NCBI GenBank assembly: GCA_965238275.1
Contig: OZ250186.1
Coordinates: 1,376,001 to 1,440,000 of the forward strand
Source: Nitrosopumilus sp.
GTDB taxonomy: Archaea > Thermoproteota > Nitrososphaeria > Nitrososphaerales > Nitrosopumilaceae
DNA: 64,000 bases
Direction: 5' to 3'
Below are positions 29,795-41,142 of this stretch, piece after piece. Position 1 is the stretch's first letter. Every line of letters begins with the position of its first letter. Both the position numbers and the translations under genes were made by a program. A model generated the notes under the pieces. It saw only the letters and a list, made by a program, of their open reading frames with translations, did no database searches and had not been told where the DNA came from.

Positions 29795-30166
29795 CCGGCA
29801 CGTCTTGACACGCGCCTCCTAGCGGAGCCTCCGCACAGCGTCTTGGATTTGGGGGATTTTATGGGTTGTGGGGGATCGACGGTGCTGCACTGTTGATGCC
29901 GACGGGTTCTGGCACCAATCGTGTCTTTGACATCTTGGCACATGGGATGGCATTTTTTATTACTAGGACACACCCAGATTCTGCAGGCTCGTTCTGTCCG
30001 GGTACAGGCATGTGATGTCCTCCCGTATCTGCGCCTGTATGTGGGTGGAATCATAACATGTGCTGCTGTATGTACTCATCCATGCCTGCAGAATCCACGT
30101 GTTGATTCTTGCTGCACGCCGATGACGCACCGCATTGCAGGGATAAGATTATAATTTCATTGCAGT

Positions 30167-31390
30167 GTGGAGATGTGCATGTCTTGGATGTTGCTGGCCG
30201 TAATGGCAGTACTGGCAGTGGTGGTGGTGGCCCAGTCTGGAACCGCCCACTCCCAGGAACCCGGCCTTGCCACATTTCAAGAGACTGCCCAGATAATCAT
30301 TGACAAGCGCACGTCGCAGAGCGTGACTGCATCAGTAACGCTGCAGAGCACCGACATTGGCGAGATAATCATTCCGGAGGAACTGGCACGGCAGCTGGCA
30401 GGCGACCCCCTGATAGACGCCGTGGTGCTTACAAATCATGACCCGTGCATAGCTGGTGTAAGCGACCAGTCATGCATCCTGATAAACGTGGCAAGGGATC
30501 CGGAGAGCAACGGAATCGCCAGCCTCCGAGAATCTACAAGGGCGGTGGGGGATGCGTACATCGACGCGTTTAACCAGCTGTTTGATACCGGGGCCGCATT
30601 CCATTCCATATACATCCACACTGATGATGCGGCAAACCGAATCCTTGGTACCTCCGGCGCAGTATCCGGCAGGGGCACGGTATCTGCAGTATACACGATG
30701 CCAATGGAGGAGACGCACTTGATGTATGAGAAGATATCGACGATGCTTGTCTCCGAGGAGATTCGAAACGGCCAGGGGTTTTACGGCATTGCCCGGGATC
30801 TGTCGTCCCACGAGAACGCCAAGGTGTCATTTTCCATAATCCCGCTGGATTCGAATCTTCTTTTCCAGCTGAGACTCTCGACAGTATATGCCGGGGAGGA
30901 ATTCCCTGAAAAAATCAGTCCGATGGACTATCTCCAGACAGGGGAGATTACAAGATCAGACTATCTGACATCCGGCGGATTCTACCCGCTGAACTCGCTG
31001 GTCCAGGTGGTGGTTTTGTCAGATGGGGACGATGATGATGCTGCCGTATCTGACGTCATGGGCAGTGTGACCCCGACGCAGCTGATCGACGGCCAGCAGA
31101 TCCCTACGGACATTACCATAAACGGCTGGGTCTTTGATCCATCCGAGGGTGACACGATACAGGGAAAGTACATCTTTGGCAGCAGGACCTCCATAGGGCA
31201 CGACGAGCTGGTGTTTTCACTTGGGGCAGGGCAGGGTATGACCCCGGATCAGGATTTGCCGACTGCAGAACCGCCTGAAGACCCCGATGCATTATCCTAT
31301 GGGCTGATAGCAGTTGCTGCTGCCGGCGGCATCGCAGCTGCAGCTGCTGCCGGCATCGCAGTGTTTTATATCAGCCGGCGCAGGAAATGA
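30167..31390 (+). CDS. membrane-anchored thaumarchaeal hypothetical protein
   Basis: signal peptide; C-terminal TM helix plus RRRK. Confidence 0.8.
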   Translation: MEMCMSWMLLAVMAVLAVVVVAQSGTAHSQEPGLATFQETAQIIIDKRTSQSVTASVTLQSTDIGEIIIPEELARQLAGDPLIDAVVLTNHDPCIAGVSDQSCILINVARDPESNGIASLRESTRAVGDAYIDAFNQLFDTGAAFHSIYIHTDDAANRILGTSGAVSGRGTVSAVYTMPMEETHLMYEKISTMLVSEEIRNGQGFYGIARDLSSHENAKVSFSIIPLDSNLLFQLRLSTVYAGEEFPEKISPMDYLQTGEITRSDYLTSGGFYPLNSLVQVVVLSDGDDDDAAVSDVMGSVTPTQLIDGQQIPTDITINGWVFDPSEGDTIQGKYIFGSRTSIGHDELVFSLGAGQGMTPDQDLPTAEPPEDPDALSYGLIAVAAAGGIAAAAAAGIAVFYISRRRK

Positions 31391-31939
31391 CTAGAGAAGG
31401 ACCGCGGCTGCAAAGACTGTAGTCCACTTTCCGTCCTTGTCGCCCCTTGCAGACTGGGTAATGTTGTGCGTGTTGTATATCTGTCCCGAGATGGACCACT
31501 GCTGCCTCTTTTCATCCCAGTCCTTGTCCACGTCAAAGGGAATCCCAAGGGACGATGCAAGCATCTGGGCTGCAACATCCTCTGCATAGTCGCCTGCCTG
31601 GGTCTCGCTTTGTCCAAACGACTCGTACTCGGAGAGGTAGCCGTACCTGCTGTTGTCATTTGGCTGCGCCAGTCCCACGGATGCTGCGCACATTCTGTGC
31701 GGCTCGTTGGTCTGGTTCTTGGAATAGATTGTAAAGAGTATCTGGCCCGGCTTGATGATCTTGAGGCCGTCCTTTCTTGGGATCAGTTTGGCCTTTGGCG
31801 GGAATATGCTTGAGATCAGTACCAGATTGGTCCCTGCTATGCCTGCATCCCTTAGGGCATACTCGAAGCTTGTAAGCCGATCCTCATGAACGCCCTTTCC
31901 CCTTGTAAGAAACAACTTCTCTGCCACAAGATCCAACAT
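31391..31939 (-). CDS. pdaD: pyruvoyl-dependent arginine decarboxylase
   Basis: SFEYALRDAGI...NLVLISSIFPP, YGYLSEY, WTTVFAAAV. Confidence 0.92.
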   Translation of the reverse strand: MLDLVAEKLFLTRGKGVHEDRLTSFEYALRDAGIAGTNLVLISSIFPPKAKLIPRKDGLKIIKPGQILFTIYSKNQTNEPHRMCAASVGLAQPNDNSRYGYLSEYESFGQSETQAGDYAEDVAAQMLASSLGIPFDVDKDWDEKRQQWSISGQIYNTHNITQSARGDKDGKWTTVFAAAVLL

Positions 31940-32111
31940 CGCTGTTCTGGTGCGATTCGTCATTATTTATATTTCAACTGAGTGCGCCATGGCATCCCAG
32001 ATTCCGGAGGCGGCAGGCATGTACGCGCCATGTCGGGGGCTCAAACCATGACGCCGAAGGTTTGTGGATGGGACTCATGCCGCACGCCCACTGTACACAC
32101 CGTGCCTGATC

Positions 32112-32336
32112 CTAGTCGCGTTTCTTCTTCTTTCTTTTGTCAGGCGCCTTTTTCACCTGTGTCAAAAAGAGGTATGCAAAGAATGCGCCCAGCCCAAAGT
32201 TGACGACCCCCAAAAACGTAATAATTAGAGTTGTAGTCGGAGGCGCCACCACCAGCCCGACGGCCATGCCCATCGTGCCGGTTGCAAAGAACATCAGCAT
32301 TAAAATCTTGACCCTTCTTGGCTCAATGTATCTCAT
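32112..32336 (-). CDS. small two-TM membrane protein
   Basis: two hydrophobic helices, basic tail PDKRKKKKRD, TTTATAA about 25 nt upstream. Confidence 0.8.
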   Translation of the reverse strand: MRYIEPRRVKILMLMFFATGTMGMAVGLVVAPPTTTLIITFLGVVNFGLGAFFAYLFLTQVKKAPDKRKKKKRD

Positions 32337-32375
32337 AGCAAATATCACGTCACATTACTATTATAAATTGACGAT

Positions 32376-32464
32376 GGTGCACCCGACGGAATTGCGTGAG
32401 TGGCAGGTGCGGACCGCGACCGGGGCTTACATCCGGCCTGTCAAAGGAATCGGGAAATTGTACC
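32376..32464 (+). ncRNA. putative structured ncRNA
   Basis: nested stems GGTGCA/TGTACC, CCCGA/TCGGG, TGGCAGG/CCTGTCA, CCGGG/TCCGG; G-U pairs favour the + strand. Confidence 0.5.
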
Positions 32465-32506
32465 TCCCTAACACTTTAAACCTTCAAAAATTTCATTTTA
32501 CATCGT

Positions 32507-32581
32507 GCCAATGTAGCTCAGCCTGGCTAGAGCATTCGCCTTGTAAGCGAAAGGTCGTGGGTTCGGATCCCGCCATTGGCT
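32507..32581 (+). tRNA. tRNA-Thr(UGU)
   Basis: GCCAATG/CATTGGC acceptor stem; TTCGC-CTTGTAA-GCGAA anticodon arm; TTTAAA promoter at 32475-32480. Confidence 0.95.
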
Positions 32582-32777
32582 TTTAGTTATTCTGGTTCGT
32601 CCTGCAGCCCGCCGTGCTTCCGGGAAGCACCACACCCTGCATGCAAAGCCGGAACCATAACGGTCATGTCCGGGATCACTGCCTGCCTGCCTGCCTGCCT
32701 GCCTGCAGGTTCATCGGCTCCAGCCTGAATCCGACTGTTCCGGTTCAATACGATTAATTATGTCATAAATTGAACAG

Positions 32778-33740
32778 GTGACTGTGAGTAGCACAGATCC
32801 TGATGATAACACCAAGGAAACCGTTCCGGATGCATCATCATCATCATCATCATCTGATGGCAAGGATGCCGTTGCAGACGATCTCCGGGACTCGCACGCT
32901 GCACCTGATGACACCGTCAAGCAGTCTGATGCCCCCAAGGCAGACACTGGATCGGCCACCCGACATACAACCGTAAAGAATCCCCTGTCCGGCGGACTGG
33001 TCATGGGGCTGATAGTGGCAGTAGGAGTCGCTGCATTCTTTGCAGGATACTATGCCTCTGATGTCGGCTCCAATGCGATTACACAAGATGATCTCAACGA
33101 CGCCCTGTCCAACCTGGAGCTTAGGATGATGCAGAACATGATGCCTGCAGGCCAGCAGCAGCAGCCGCCCGAACCGCCGGTGCAGATATCTGCCGACGAC
33201 GATCCCGTGCTGGGTGATCCGAACGCGCCAATCACGATAATCGAGTTTTCAGACTTTCAGTGCCCGTTCTGCGCCAGATTCAGCACCCAGACGCTGCCGC
33301 TGCTTTTGGAGGAGTACATTGACCGCGGCGATGTAAAACTGGTCTACAGGGACTTTCCACTCCAGAACAGTCATCCAAACGCGGTACCTGCGGCCGTGGC
33401 AGCAGAGTGCGCACACGAGCAGGGACAGTTCAAACCGATGCATGACCTGCTCTTTGAGAACCAGGCCCAATGGAGCCCGCAGGAGACCATTCAGGCAGTC
33501 TCGACATTCAGCCAGTATGCTGCACAGATTCAACTGGATCAGGAAGTATTTGATACGTGCCTTACGACCGGCAAGTACGTAAACGAGGTTCGAATGGATC
33601 TGGAGGACGGAAGAATCTATGGAATCTCTGGAACCCCGGGATTCTTCATAGGCAATGACGATCTGGGGTACGTGGAGATATCAGGAGCCCAGCCGTTTGA
33701 GAACTTCAAGAGGGTCATTGATGCCCAGCTTGGGGTATGA
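32778..33740 (+). CDS. membrane-anchored DsbA-family oxidoreductase (start uncertain)
   Basis: DDDPVLGDPNAPITIIEFSDFQCPFC, RDFPL, GTPGF, GAQP. Confidence 0.92.
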   Translation: MTVSSTDPDDNTKETVPDASSSSSSSDGKDAVADDLRDSHAAPDDTVKQSDAPKADTGSATRHTTVKNPLSGGLVMGLIVAVGVAAFFAGYYASDVGSNAITQDDLNDALSNLELRMMQNMMPAGQQQQPPEPPVQISADDDPVLGDPNAPITIIEFSDFQCPFCARFSTQTLPLLLEEYIDRGDVKLVYRDFPLQNSHPNAVPAAVAAECAHEQGQFKPMHDLLFENQAQWSPQETIQAVSTFSQYAAQIQLDQEVFDTCLTTGKYVNEVRMDLEDGRIYGISGTPGFFIGNDDLGYVEISGAQPFENFKRVIDAQLGV

Positions 33741-33854
33741 CTGGCGTGGTGGACATACGGCATCCATTTAATCCAGCGTGACGACTGACCTGCACTAAAA
33801 CACGACATTGGAACGATACGAAAGCAAATTAAGCCGAATCATGCCACCCATACC

Positions 33855-34142
33855 ATGTTTGTAATGATGGCCGACATTCAACTCAGGGATGGCATCGAGG
33901 ATGACTTTAAGGAGTGGTTCTCAGAATCAAACCGGATCCTCTCAAAGTTTCCCGGATTCATCTCGCGGCGCCTTTTGCAGTCCAGCAACAACAACTCCTA
34001 CCGTGTCATAGTGGAGCATGAGACCCGGGAATCCTTTGTCCAAATGCACCAGAGCCCAGAACACGAAAAGGTTCACCCCGTTGGAAGATCCTTTATGACC
34101 TCAGACCCGGCGCGGGAGACGTTTTCAGTGGTAGCCAAGTGA
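33855..34142 (+). CDS. antibiotic-biosynthesis-monooxygenase family protein
   Basis: FPGFISRRLL, F..MHQSPEH. Confidence 0.8.
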   Translation: MFVMMADIQLRDGIEDDFKEWFSESNRILSKFPGFISRRLLQSSNNNSYRVIVEHETRESFVQMHQSPEHEKVHPVGRSFMTSDPARETFSVVAK

Positions 34143-34143
34143 G

Positions 34144-34461
34144 TTGAAGTACAAATACAGCCTGTCCGAATGCCTCAAGGAGACAGGCAGCGACTCTTAT
34201 TTTTACACCTTTATCAGCAGGCCCGGCCTGGCAGCCGGGGTCTTGGTTCTTGGGCCCGGGCAGCAAGACACGCAGGAGCCGCATGACAGTGACGAGGTGT
34301 ATCTGGTGCTCTCCGGCGACGGGTTCCTGAGAATCGGGAACCGGGACCACAAGGTCTCAAAGGATACGATCTTTTTTGTGCCAGGGAACACGCCGCACCA
34401 CTTCCATGGAAACACCGCTGATCTCAGGGTCCTGTACTTTTTTGGCGGCCCCGATTCCTGA
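34144..34461 (+). CDS. cupin domain protein
   Basis: QEPHDSDEVYLVLSGDG, FVPGNTPHHF. Confidence 0.85.
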   Translation: MKYKYSLSECLKETGSDSYFYTFISRPGLAAGVLVLGPGQQDTQEPHDSDEVYLVLSGDGFLRIGNRDHKVSKDTIFFVPGNTPHHFHGNTADLRVLYFFGGPDS

Positions 34462-34662
34462 CAGGTACCACTGCTACTACTACTACTACTATTACAGAGA
34501 CGCTCAGGGCCGCCATACCTGAAACAATCCCGGGACGAATGCCATACTGCCGCACCGCCATAAATCGGGATCTGCGTGCCTGAAACCTGCAGGCCGGAGG
34601 CGCAAACCTGTCATTTATATCAAATCCAATTGCCACCCTCCTCGTTGTCCCGACAGATAGCC

Positions 34663-35628
34663 ATGACCAAGAACGGAATCCTGTGCAGCATTGGCCGAAG
34701 GCGCATCCTGCTGGATCCCAAGACTGCCGATCCCTCGGGCATCAATTTTGTCTCCCATGCCCATTCTGACCACCTTCCGTCCAGAAACGGCGGGGCCATC
34801 CTTGCCTCAGACGAGACAAGCCAGATATCCAGCCTCAGGGGGTTTGTAATGGAGAACAACGTGGATTCCCTTGAGGGCTTTTCCATGATTGACAGCGGAC
34901 ACGTTCTTGGCTCAAGGGGGGTACTCTTTGATGACGTCTTTTACACAGGGGACATCTGCACCCGGAGCCGCGGCTTTCTTCGTGGCGCCAGGGTGCCAAA
35001 ATGCAAGACACTAATCACAGAATGCACGTTCGGGCTGCCGGAGTTTGAGTTTCCTAGGGTAGATGAGATTCAAAGGCAGGTCAACCAGACAATATCTGAA
35101 CTGTATGGCAGGGGAATACCCGTGATTCTAATGGGGTACCAGCTTGGAAAGGCCCAGACCATCACCGATCTCTTTGGACACTGGGAGCCGCTATACCTTC
35201 ACGACTCCGTAAGGGAGATGAACCTGCTACATCAGAAGTTCGGCATCCCGCTCAAGGACGGAATGGGCCACTCGGAGGCCGAAAGGCGGGGACTGCTTGA
35301 AAAGAAGCCCTGGGTGATGGTGGCGCCGATGATGTCAGGCAAGAACGGGTTCATCCAGGACATGAAGTCAAGATACGGGGCAGTAACGATTGGATTCAGC
35401 GGGTGGGCAAAGTCTGCCAGGTTCTCCTTTGGAAGGCGGACAGACTATTCCATGCCCATGAGCGACCACTGTGACTTTGGCGACCTCGTGGGGATGGTGG
35501 TGCGATCCGGGGCAGAAAAGGTCTACACCATTCACGGGTTTGTAGACGAGTTTGCAAAGCACCTGAGGGGCATGGGAATCGACGCAAAGGCGTTAAAGGC
35601 AGGAACGCTCGACGATCTTACTTTGTGA
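34663..35628 (+). CDS. MBL-fold beta-CASP nuclease
   Basis: SHAHSDH, GHVLGS, YTGD, TECTFG, SDHCDF, TIHG. Confidence 0.88.
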   Translation: MTKNGILCSIGRRRILLDPKTADPSGINFVSHAHSDHLPSRNGGAILASDETSQISSLRGFVMENNVDSLEGFSMIDSGHVLGSRGVLFDDVFYTGDICTRSRGFLRGARVPKCKTLITECTFGLPEFEFPRVDEIQRQVNQTISELYGRGIPVILMGYQLGKAQTITDLFGHWEPLYLHDSVREMNLLHQKFGIPLKDGMGHSEAERRGLLEKKPWVMVAPMMSGKNGFIQDMKSRYGAVTIGFSGWAKSARFSFGRRTDYSMPMSDHCDFGDLVGMVVRSGAEKVYTIHGFVDEFAKHLRGMGIDAKALKAGTLDDLTL

Positions 35629-35854
35629 ACTTGCCACACCTGCAGTCTGCAACCAGGCATGTCTCTGAGTTTCTGACGTGATCATGCAAAAAGTGCTTGC
35701 ATTTGCTGTTCTTGCATATTCTGCGGGTGGCCTCCCTTTGCACCACCCTCCTTGCAATCTCGTTTGCCTTCTCCTTCGGGTATCCCCTCTTGTCCATGTA
35801 GTAGTGGACCACCCTGTTGTACAGCATGTCCGGCCTGAACTGTTTTTCTAACAA
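35618..35854 (-). CDS. small Cys/His-rich thaumarchaeal hypothetical protein (start inferred)
   Basis: LYNRVVHYY...CKNSKCKHFLHDH...CLVADCRC. Confidence 0.7.
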   Translation of the reverse strand: MLEKQFRPDMLYNRVVHYYMDKRGYPKEKANEIARRVVQREATRRICKNSKCKHFLHDHVRNSETCLVADCRCGKFTK

Positions 35855-35990
35855 CACTTCCTCCTGTTGCCCCTCCGGAACCTGGACTCGGTATGGCAGA
35901 TGCAACTGCAGGACTCCACGCCGCACAGCGTCGTGCTGTTGTTCATTACCCCGTATGCGCAGTCGTGCTATTTCAAGTGCTCCCTTTTTT

Positions 35991-36110
35991 GGTTCTGTTA
36001 CCTTGGCAGAAGAGGAGGAGGAAGAAGAAGAGGAGGATGAGGAGGGGGAAGTCTGTGTGTTACATTTCGGGAGGGAATGGTAAATCGATAGCAGGTAAAA
36101 CTGCCCGACT
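35991..36110 (+). repeat. dispersed element copy 1 (with GAR triplet expansion)
   Basis: GGTTCTGTTACCTTGGC...AAGTYTGYGTGTTACATTTCGGG shared with 52607-52700. Confidence 0.75.
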
Positions 36111-36195
36111 GTTCTAGGTGGCCCCACACACTACTGGGAATAAATTCTTAAATAATGTATTTTGACATATAGTGCGGATTAATTTGGAATTTCGC

Positions 36196-39100
36196 ATGGG
36201 CATGCCAGCGCATCCCTACATCTGCATGATGCTGCTTTTTGCCCTTGTCGCCGTGCCGGTATCATCAGCAGCCCAAGTTGAAGCGGACGGGGAGCCGTTT
36301 GTCACCACCTGGCGCACCACTACCCCGGACGAGTCCATAACCATCCCCGGATCCGGCACGTACACTATTGACTGGGGCGACGGAGCTGTATCTGCTGATG
36401 TCTCAGGGAGTCAGACTCACGAATATGCCGAACCCAGAGATTACCAGGTCCGCATATCAGGCGACTTTTCAGGCATCCATCTCAGAGGCGATCCAAACGC
36501 GGCAAAACTGCGATCCATAGATCAGTGGGGTGAGATGCAGTGGAGGTCAATGAGCTCGGCGTTTTCAGGCGCGTCAAACATGGTATATCGCGCAACCGAC
36601 ATACCGGATCTCTCGGCTGTGACCTACACGAATCAGATGTTTCAGGGTGCCACCTCCTTTGACGGCGACCTCTCTGGATGGAATGTCTCGGAGGTAATCA
36701 ACATGAGTCAAATGTTCTTTAATGCCATCTCCTTTGACGGCGACCTCTCTGACTGGGATGTCTCGTCTGTAAACGACATGAGGAGTATGTTTGCCCACGC
36801 CACCTCTTTTGACGGCGACCTCTCTGGATGGAATGTCTCGGAGGTAACCAACATGGTCAATATGTTCTATCTTGCCTCCTCATTCAACAGCGACATATCT
36901 GACTGGGACACCTCGTCGGTAACATCCATGCGCTGGTTGCTTGCCCAGGCCTCCTCATTCAACAGCGACATATCTGACTGGGACACCTCGTCGGTAACTG
37001 ACATGCGTAATATGTTCTGGAATGTCTCCTCATTCAACGGCGACATTTCAAAATGGGACACCTCGTCGGTAAACAACATGAGGATGATGTTCAACGGTGC
37101 CTCCTCATTCAACAGCGACATATCTGACTGGGACACCTCGTCGGTAACTGACATGAGCGTGATGTTCGCCTTTACCTCCTTTGACGGCGACATTTCAAAA
37201 TGGGACACCTCGTCTGTCGTCAACATGTTCAGCATGTTCTCCGGGGCCACCTCCTTCAACGGCGACATTTCAAAATGGGACACCTCGTCGGTAACTGACA
37301 TGCGCGTGATGTTCCTCGATGCCTCCTCCTTTGACGGCGACATTTCAAAATGGGACACCTCGTCTGTAAGCACGATGACCTGGATGTTCCTCGATGCCTC
37401 CTCATTCAACAGTGACATCTCTGACTGGGACGTATCATCTGCAACCGACATGCAAGCTATGTTCCACCGTGCCCCCTCATTCAACCAAGACTTGGGGAAA
37501 TGGTACATCGTGCTTGAGGATTCTGCCATTGACCCTTCCACTGGAATAATCGGAAACATTGCCGCGCAGAATTCGTACCTTGACGGGCAGAATCCCACGT
37601 ACGGTATAGGCTCCGGCGAGGGCGCCGAGTTCTTTGAGATGGACGGATCCACCCTAAAGCTAAGCGGGTCCCCGACCAGCCCGATCCATACAGTCACCAT
37701 AACTGCTACTGGTGATATCTTTGGTACGGACAACTCCCGCATACTTGACATATCCGTGGACGGCACGCCCGCGCCCCCGGTTCCCGCCGACGGTGATCCC
37801 TTTGTCACCACTTGGCGCACCACATCCCCCGGCGAGTCGATAACCATCCCGGTTGGCGGCACCTCAGACACGTATACGGTAGACTGGGGAGATGGGACCG
37901 TATCCGAGGATGTCTCGGGGGATCAGACCCACGCATATTCCGTTGCCGGAGATCACACGGTCAGCATATATGGCGATTTTACAAGAATTTATCTAAACGG
38001 CAAGCAACCCAATGCGAACAAACTACAGTCGATAGACCAGTGGGGCGACATGCAATGGGCCTCGATGAACTCGGCGTTTAGGGGCGCGACAAGCATGGCA
38101 TACGCGGCAGACGACGTACCTGATCTCTCTGCCGTGACCGATATGAGCCGGATGTTTTATGGCGTCTCATCATTCAACGGCGACGTCTCCGGCTGGGACG
38201 TCTCGTCGGTGACTAGCATGTTGGGAATATTTGAAGGAACCTCCGGCTTTAGCGGCGACGTCTCCGGCTGGGACGTCTCGTCGGTTACCGACATGTCGGA
38301 GATGTTTGATGGTACCTCCGGCTTTAGCGGCGACGTCTCCGGCTGGGACGTCTCGTCGGTTACCGACATGTCGGAGATGTTTGATGGTACCTCCGGCTTT
38401 AGCGGCGACGTCTCCGGCTGGGACGTCTCGTCGGTTACCGACATGTCGGGGATGTTCTTCGGTATCAACTCATTCAATAGCGATGTCTCCGGGTGGGACG
38501 TCTCGTCGGTTACCGACATGCATGACATGTTCGCCTTGGCAGATTCCTTTGACGGCGACATCTCCGGGTGGGGCATCTCGTCGGTTACCGACATGCATGG
38601 CATGTTCCAAGATGCAGACTCTTTTGACGGCAACCTCTCCGGGTGGGACACCTCGTCGGTAACCGACATGGACAGTATGTTTGCAGGTGCCTCCTCCTTC
38701 AACACGGACATCTCCGGGTGGGACACCTCGTCGGTAACCGACATGGACAGTATGTTTGCAGGTGCCTCCTCCTTCAACACGGACATATCCGGCTGGGACG
38801 TCTCGTCGGTTACCGGCATGGACAGTATGTTTGCAGGTGCCTCCTCCTTCAACACGGACATCTCCGGGTGGGACACCTCGTCGGTAACCGACATGCGCAG
38901 TATGTTTGCAGGTGCCTCCTCCTTCAACACGGACATATCCGGCTGGGACACCTCGTCGGTTACCGGCATGGACAGTATGTTTGCAGGTGCCTCCTCCTTC
39001 AACACGGACATATCCGGCTGGGACACCTCGTCGGTTACCGGCATGCGCAGTATGTTTGAGGGTGCCTCCTCCTTCAACACGGGCATATCCGGCTGGGACG

Positions 39101-41142
39101 TCTCGTCGGTGACTGACATGCAGGCCATGTTCGGCGGAGCCGACGAGTTTGACCAGAACCTGGGAAAATGGTACATAGTGCTCGAGGATCCCGCTGCTGA
39201 TCCCGCCGCTTCCGGAACAATCGGAAACATTGCCGCGCAGAATTCGTACCTTGACGGGCAGGATCCCACGTACGGCATAGGCTCCGGCGAGGGCGCCGAG
39301 TTCTTTGAGATGGACGGATCCACCCTAAAGATAAGCACGCCCCCGACCAGTCCAGTCGACGCCATCAACATAACTGCCGCCGGAAGAATTTTCGGCACCG
39401 ACAACTACCGCATACTTGACATATCCGTGGACGGCACGCCCGCGCCCCCGGTTCCCGCCGACGGTGATCCCTTTGTCACCACTTGGCGCACCACATCCCC
39501 CGGCGAGTCGATAACCATCCCCGCCAGGGGAGCGGCAGGCACATACTCGATAGATTGGGGCGACGGACGCGTATCTGCCAACATCACAGGAGGCCAGACA
39601 CACACGTATGACGATGCCGGAACACATACAGTCAGCATATCCGGCGACTTTACGAGAATTTATCTTGCAGACCAGGAATCCAACGCGCAAAAACTGCAGT
39701 CGATAGAACAGTGGGGCGGCATTCAATGGGAGTCCATGGGCTCAGCGTTCAGGGGCGCCTCAAACATGGCATACAACGCGACTGACGCCCCCGATCTCTC
39801 ACGCGTCACCTACATGGAGCGCATGTTTGCAGGAGCGTCCTCCTTTGACGGCGACCTCTCGAATTGGGACGTCTCTGGCGTGACCGACATGTCGTACCTG
39901 TTCCAAGACGCGACCTCGTTTGACTCCGACCTGTCTGACTGGGACGTCTCGCGCGTGACGGACATGGACGGAATGTTCTGGAACGCGACCTCGTTTGACT
40001 CCGACCTGTCTGACTGGGACGTCTCGCGCGCCACCAACATGTACGGCATGTTTGCAAGTGCCAGCTCCTTTGACTCCGACCTGTCTGACTGGGACGTCTC
40101 GCGCGTGACGGACATGGCCAACATGTTCAACCGCGCCAGCTCCTTTGATTCTGACCTCTTGGATTGGGACGTCTCGCGCGTCACCAACATGTACGCCATG
40201 TTTTCAATCGCCAGCTCCTTCAGCGGCGACATCGCAAACTGGAACGTCTCGCGCGTCACCGATATGGCAGACATGCTCAGGTCGACAAACTCCTTCAACA
40301 GCGACATCTCCGGCTGGGAGATCTCTAGTACGGTCCGCCTGAGTACCATGCTTTATCGCGCCGACGCGTTTGACCAAAACCTGGGTCCGTGGTATATCAT
40401 CCTGGATGACGACTCCATCAGGGGCAGCGACATACCCGGCACGGTCGGGAGCATCTCCACACGAAACCCGTACCTGGACGACCAGAACCCGTCATACGGC
40501 ATAGGCTCGGGCGGGGACTCTGCCCACTTTGAGGTTACAGGCAGCATCCTCAGGATGGTATCTGTGCCGGACGGTCACGAGGGACCCTACACGGTAAACG
40601 TAACGTCTGCCGGGGGCTACGGCACGGACAACTCCAGGACACTTGGGATAACTGTGATTCCATACAACAATACATCCCCTGACGCTGCAGTCGATCCAGA
40701 ATCTGATATCACCGTAGACACGCCAATCGACACCGGACCTACCGTGAAACCTGACCCCGTAGAGGTTGAACCCGAACCTATACCAAAATCAACCGGGGAT
40801 CCCGGATCAGTTGCAGAACCCGAACCGGTTGCAGAACCCGAACCGGTTACAGAGCCTAAGCCTACAGAGATTAAAATAGATCCAGAGAATGTTGCAAAAC
40901 CCGAACCGGCTGCAGAACCTAAGCCTACAGAGATTAAAGTGGATCCAGAACCGGGTATAGATCCCGAACCAACAGGGACGGATCCAGAAACTGCCGCAAA
41001 CACAGAGCCAACCACACAACCAGGACAGGAATCACCCACAGAACATGACGCCGCTGAAACGTGTGACACGGCCGACTGTGATTCGGATCCATTTTCACCC
41101 ATCCTCGACTGGTTTAGATCGATATTTGGATTCCTTTTCTAA
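36196..41142 (+). CDS. giant three-module BspA-like / DUF285 surface protein
   Basis: signal peptide; three units of (PFVTTWRTT domain, WDxSSV repeats, NLGxWYI cadherin-like domain); P/E/T-rich stalk; [13 protein letters not shown] tail. Confidence 0.92.
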   Translation: MGMPAHPYICMMLLFALVAVPVSSAAQVEADGEPFVTTWRTTTPDESITIPGSGTYTIDWGDGAVSADVSGSQTHEYAEPRDYQVRISGDFSGIHLRGDPNAAKLRSIDQWGEMQWRSMSSAFSGASNMVYRATDIPDLSAVTYTNQMFQGATSFDGDLSGWNVSEVINMSQMFFNAISFDGDLSDWDVSSVNDMRSMFAHATSFDGDLSGWNVSEVTNMVNMFYLASSFNSDISDWDTSSVTSMRWLLAQASSFNSDISDWDTSSVTDMRNMFWNVSSFNGDISKWDTSSVNNMRMMFNGASSFNSDISDWDTSSVTDMSVMFAFTSFDGDISKWDTSSVVNMFSMFSGATSFNGDISKWDTSSVTDMRVMFLDASSFDGDISKWDTSSVSTMTWMFLDASSFNSDISDWDVSSATDMQAMFHRAPSFNQDLGKWYIVLEDSAIDPSTGIIGNIAAQNSYLDGQNPTYGIGSGEGAEFFEMDGSTLKLSGSPTSPIHTVTITATGDIFGTDNSRILDISVDGTPAPPVPADGDPFVTTWRTTSPGESITIPVGGTSDTYTVDWGDGTVSEDVSGDQTHAYSVAGDHTVSIYGDFTRIYLNGKQPNANKLQSIDQWGDMQWASMNSAFRGATSMAYAADDVPDLSAVTDMSRMFYGVSSFNGDVSGWDVSSVTSMLGIFEGTSGFSGDVSGWDVSSVTDMSEMFDGTSGFSGDVSGWDVSSVTDMSEMFDGTSGFSGDVSGWDVSSVTDMSGMFFGINSFNSDVSGWDVSSVTDMHDMFALADSFDGDISGWGISSVTDMHGMFQDADSFDGNLSGWDTSSVTDMDSMFAGASSFNTDISGWDTSSVTDMDSMFAGASSFNTDISGWDVSSVTGMDSMFAGASSFNTDISGWDTSSVTDMRSMFAGASSFNTDISGWDTSSVTGMDSMFAGASSFNTDISGWDTSSVTGMRSMFEGASSFNTGISGWDVSSVTDMQAMFGGADEFDQNLGKWYIVLEDPAADPAASGTIGNIAAQNSYLDGQDPTYGIGSGEGAEFFEMDGSTLKISTPPTSPVDAINITAAGRIFGTDNYRILDISVDGTPAPPVPADGDPFVTTWRTTSPGESITIPARGAAGTYSIDWGDGRVSANITGGQTHTYDDAGTHTVSISGDFTRIYLADQESNAQKLQSIEQWGGIQWESMGSAFRGASNMAYNATDAPDLSRVTYMERMFAGASSFDGDLSNWDVSGVTDMSYLFQDATSFDSDLSDWDVSRVTDMDGMFWNATSFDSDLSDWDVSRATNMYGMFASASSFDSDLSDWDVSRVTDMANMFNRASSFDSDLLDWDVSRVTNMYAMFSIASSFSGDIANWNVSRVTDMADMLRSTNSFNSDISGWEISSTVRLSTMLYRADAFDQNLGPWYIILDDDSIRGSDIPGTVGSISTRNPYLDDQNPSYGIGSGGDSAHFEVTGSILRMVSVPDGHEGPYTVNVTSAGGYGTDNSRTLGITVIPYNNTSPDAAVDPESDITVDTPIDTGPTVKPDPVEVEPEPIPKSTGDPGSVAEPEPVAEPEPVTEPKPTEIKIDPENVAKPEPAAEPKPTEIKVDPEPGIDPEPTGTDPETAANTEPTTQPGQESPTEHDAAETCDTADCDSDPFSPILDWFRSIFGFLF

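Noticed and set aside
32424-32445. Similarity to the 23S rRNA 3' region on the minus strand
   Set aside because: The match is short and the flanks do not continue; this is not an rRNA gene.
35855-36127. Poly-Ser N-terminal extension of the 35618 ORF
   Set aside because: It derives from the GAR expansion in the dispersed repeat, not from a conserved coding region.
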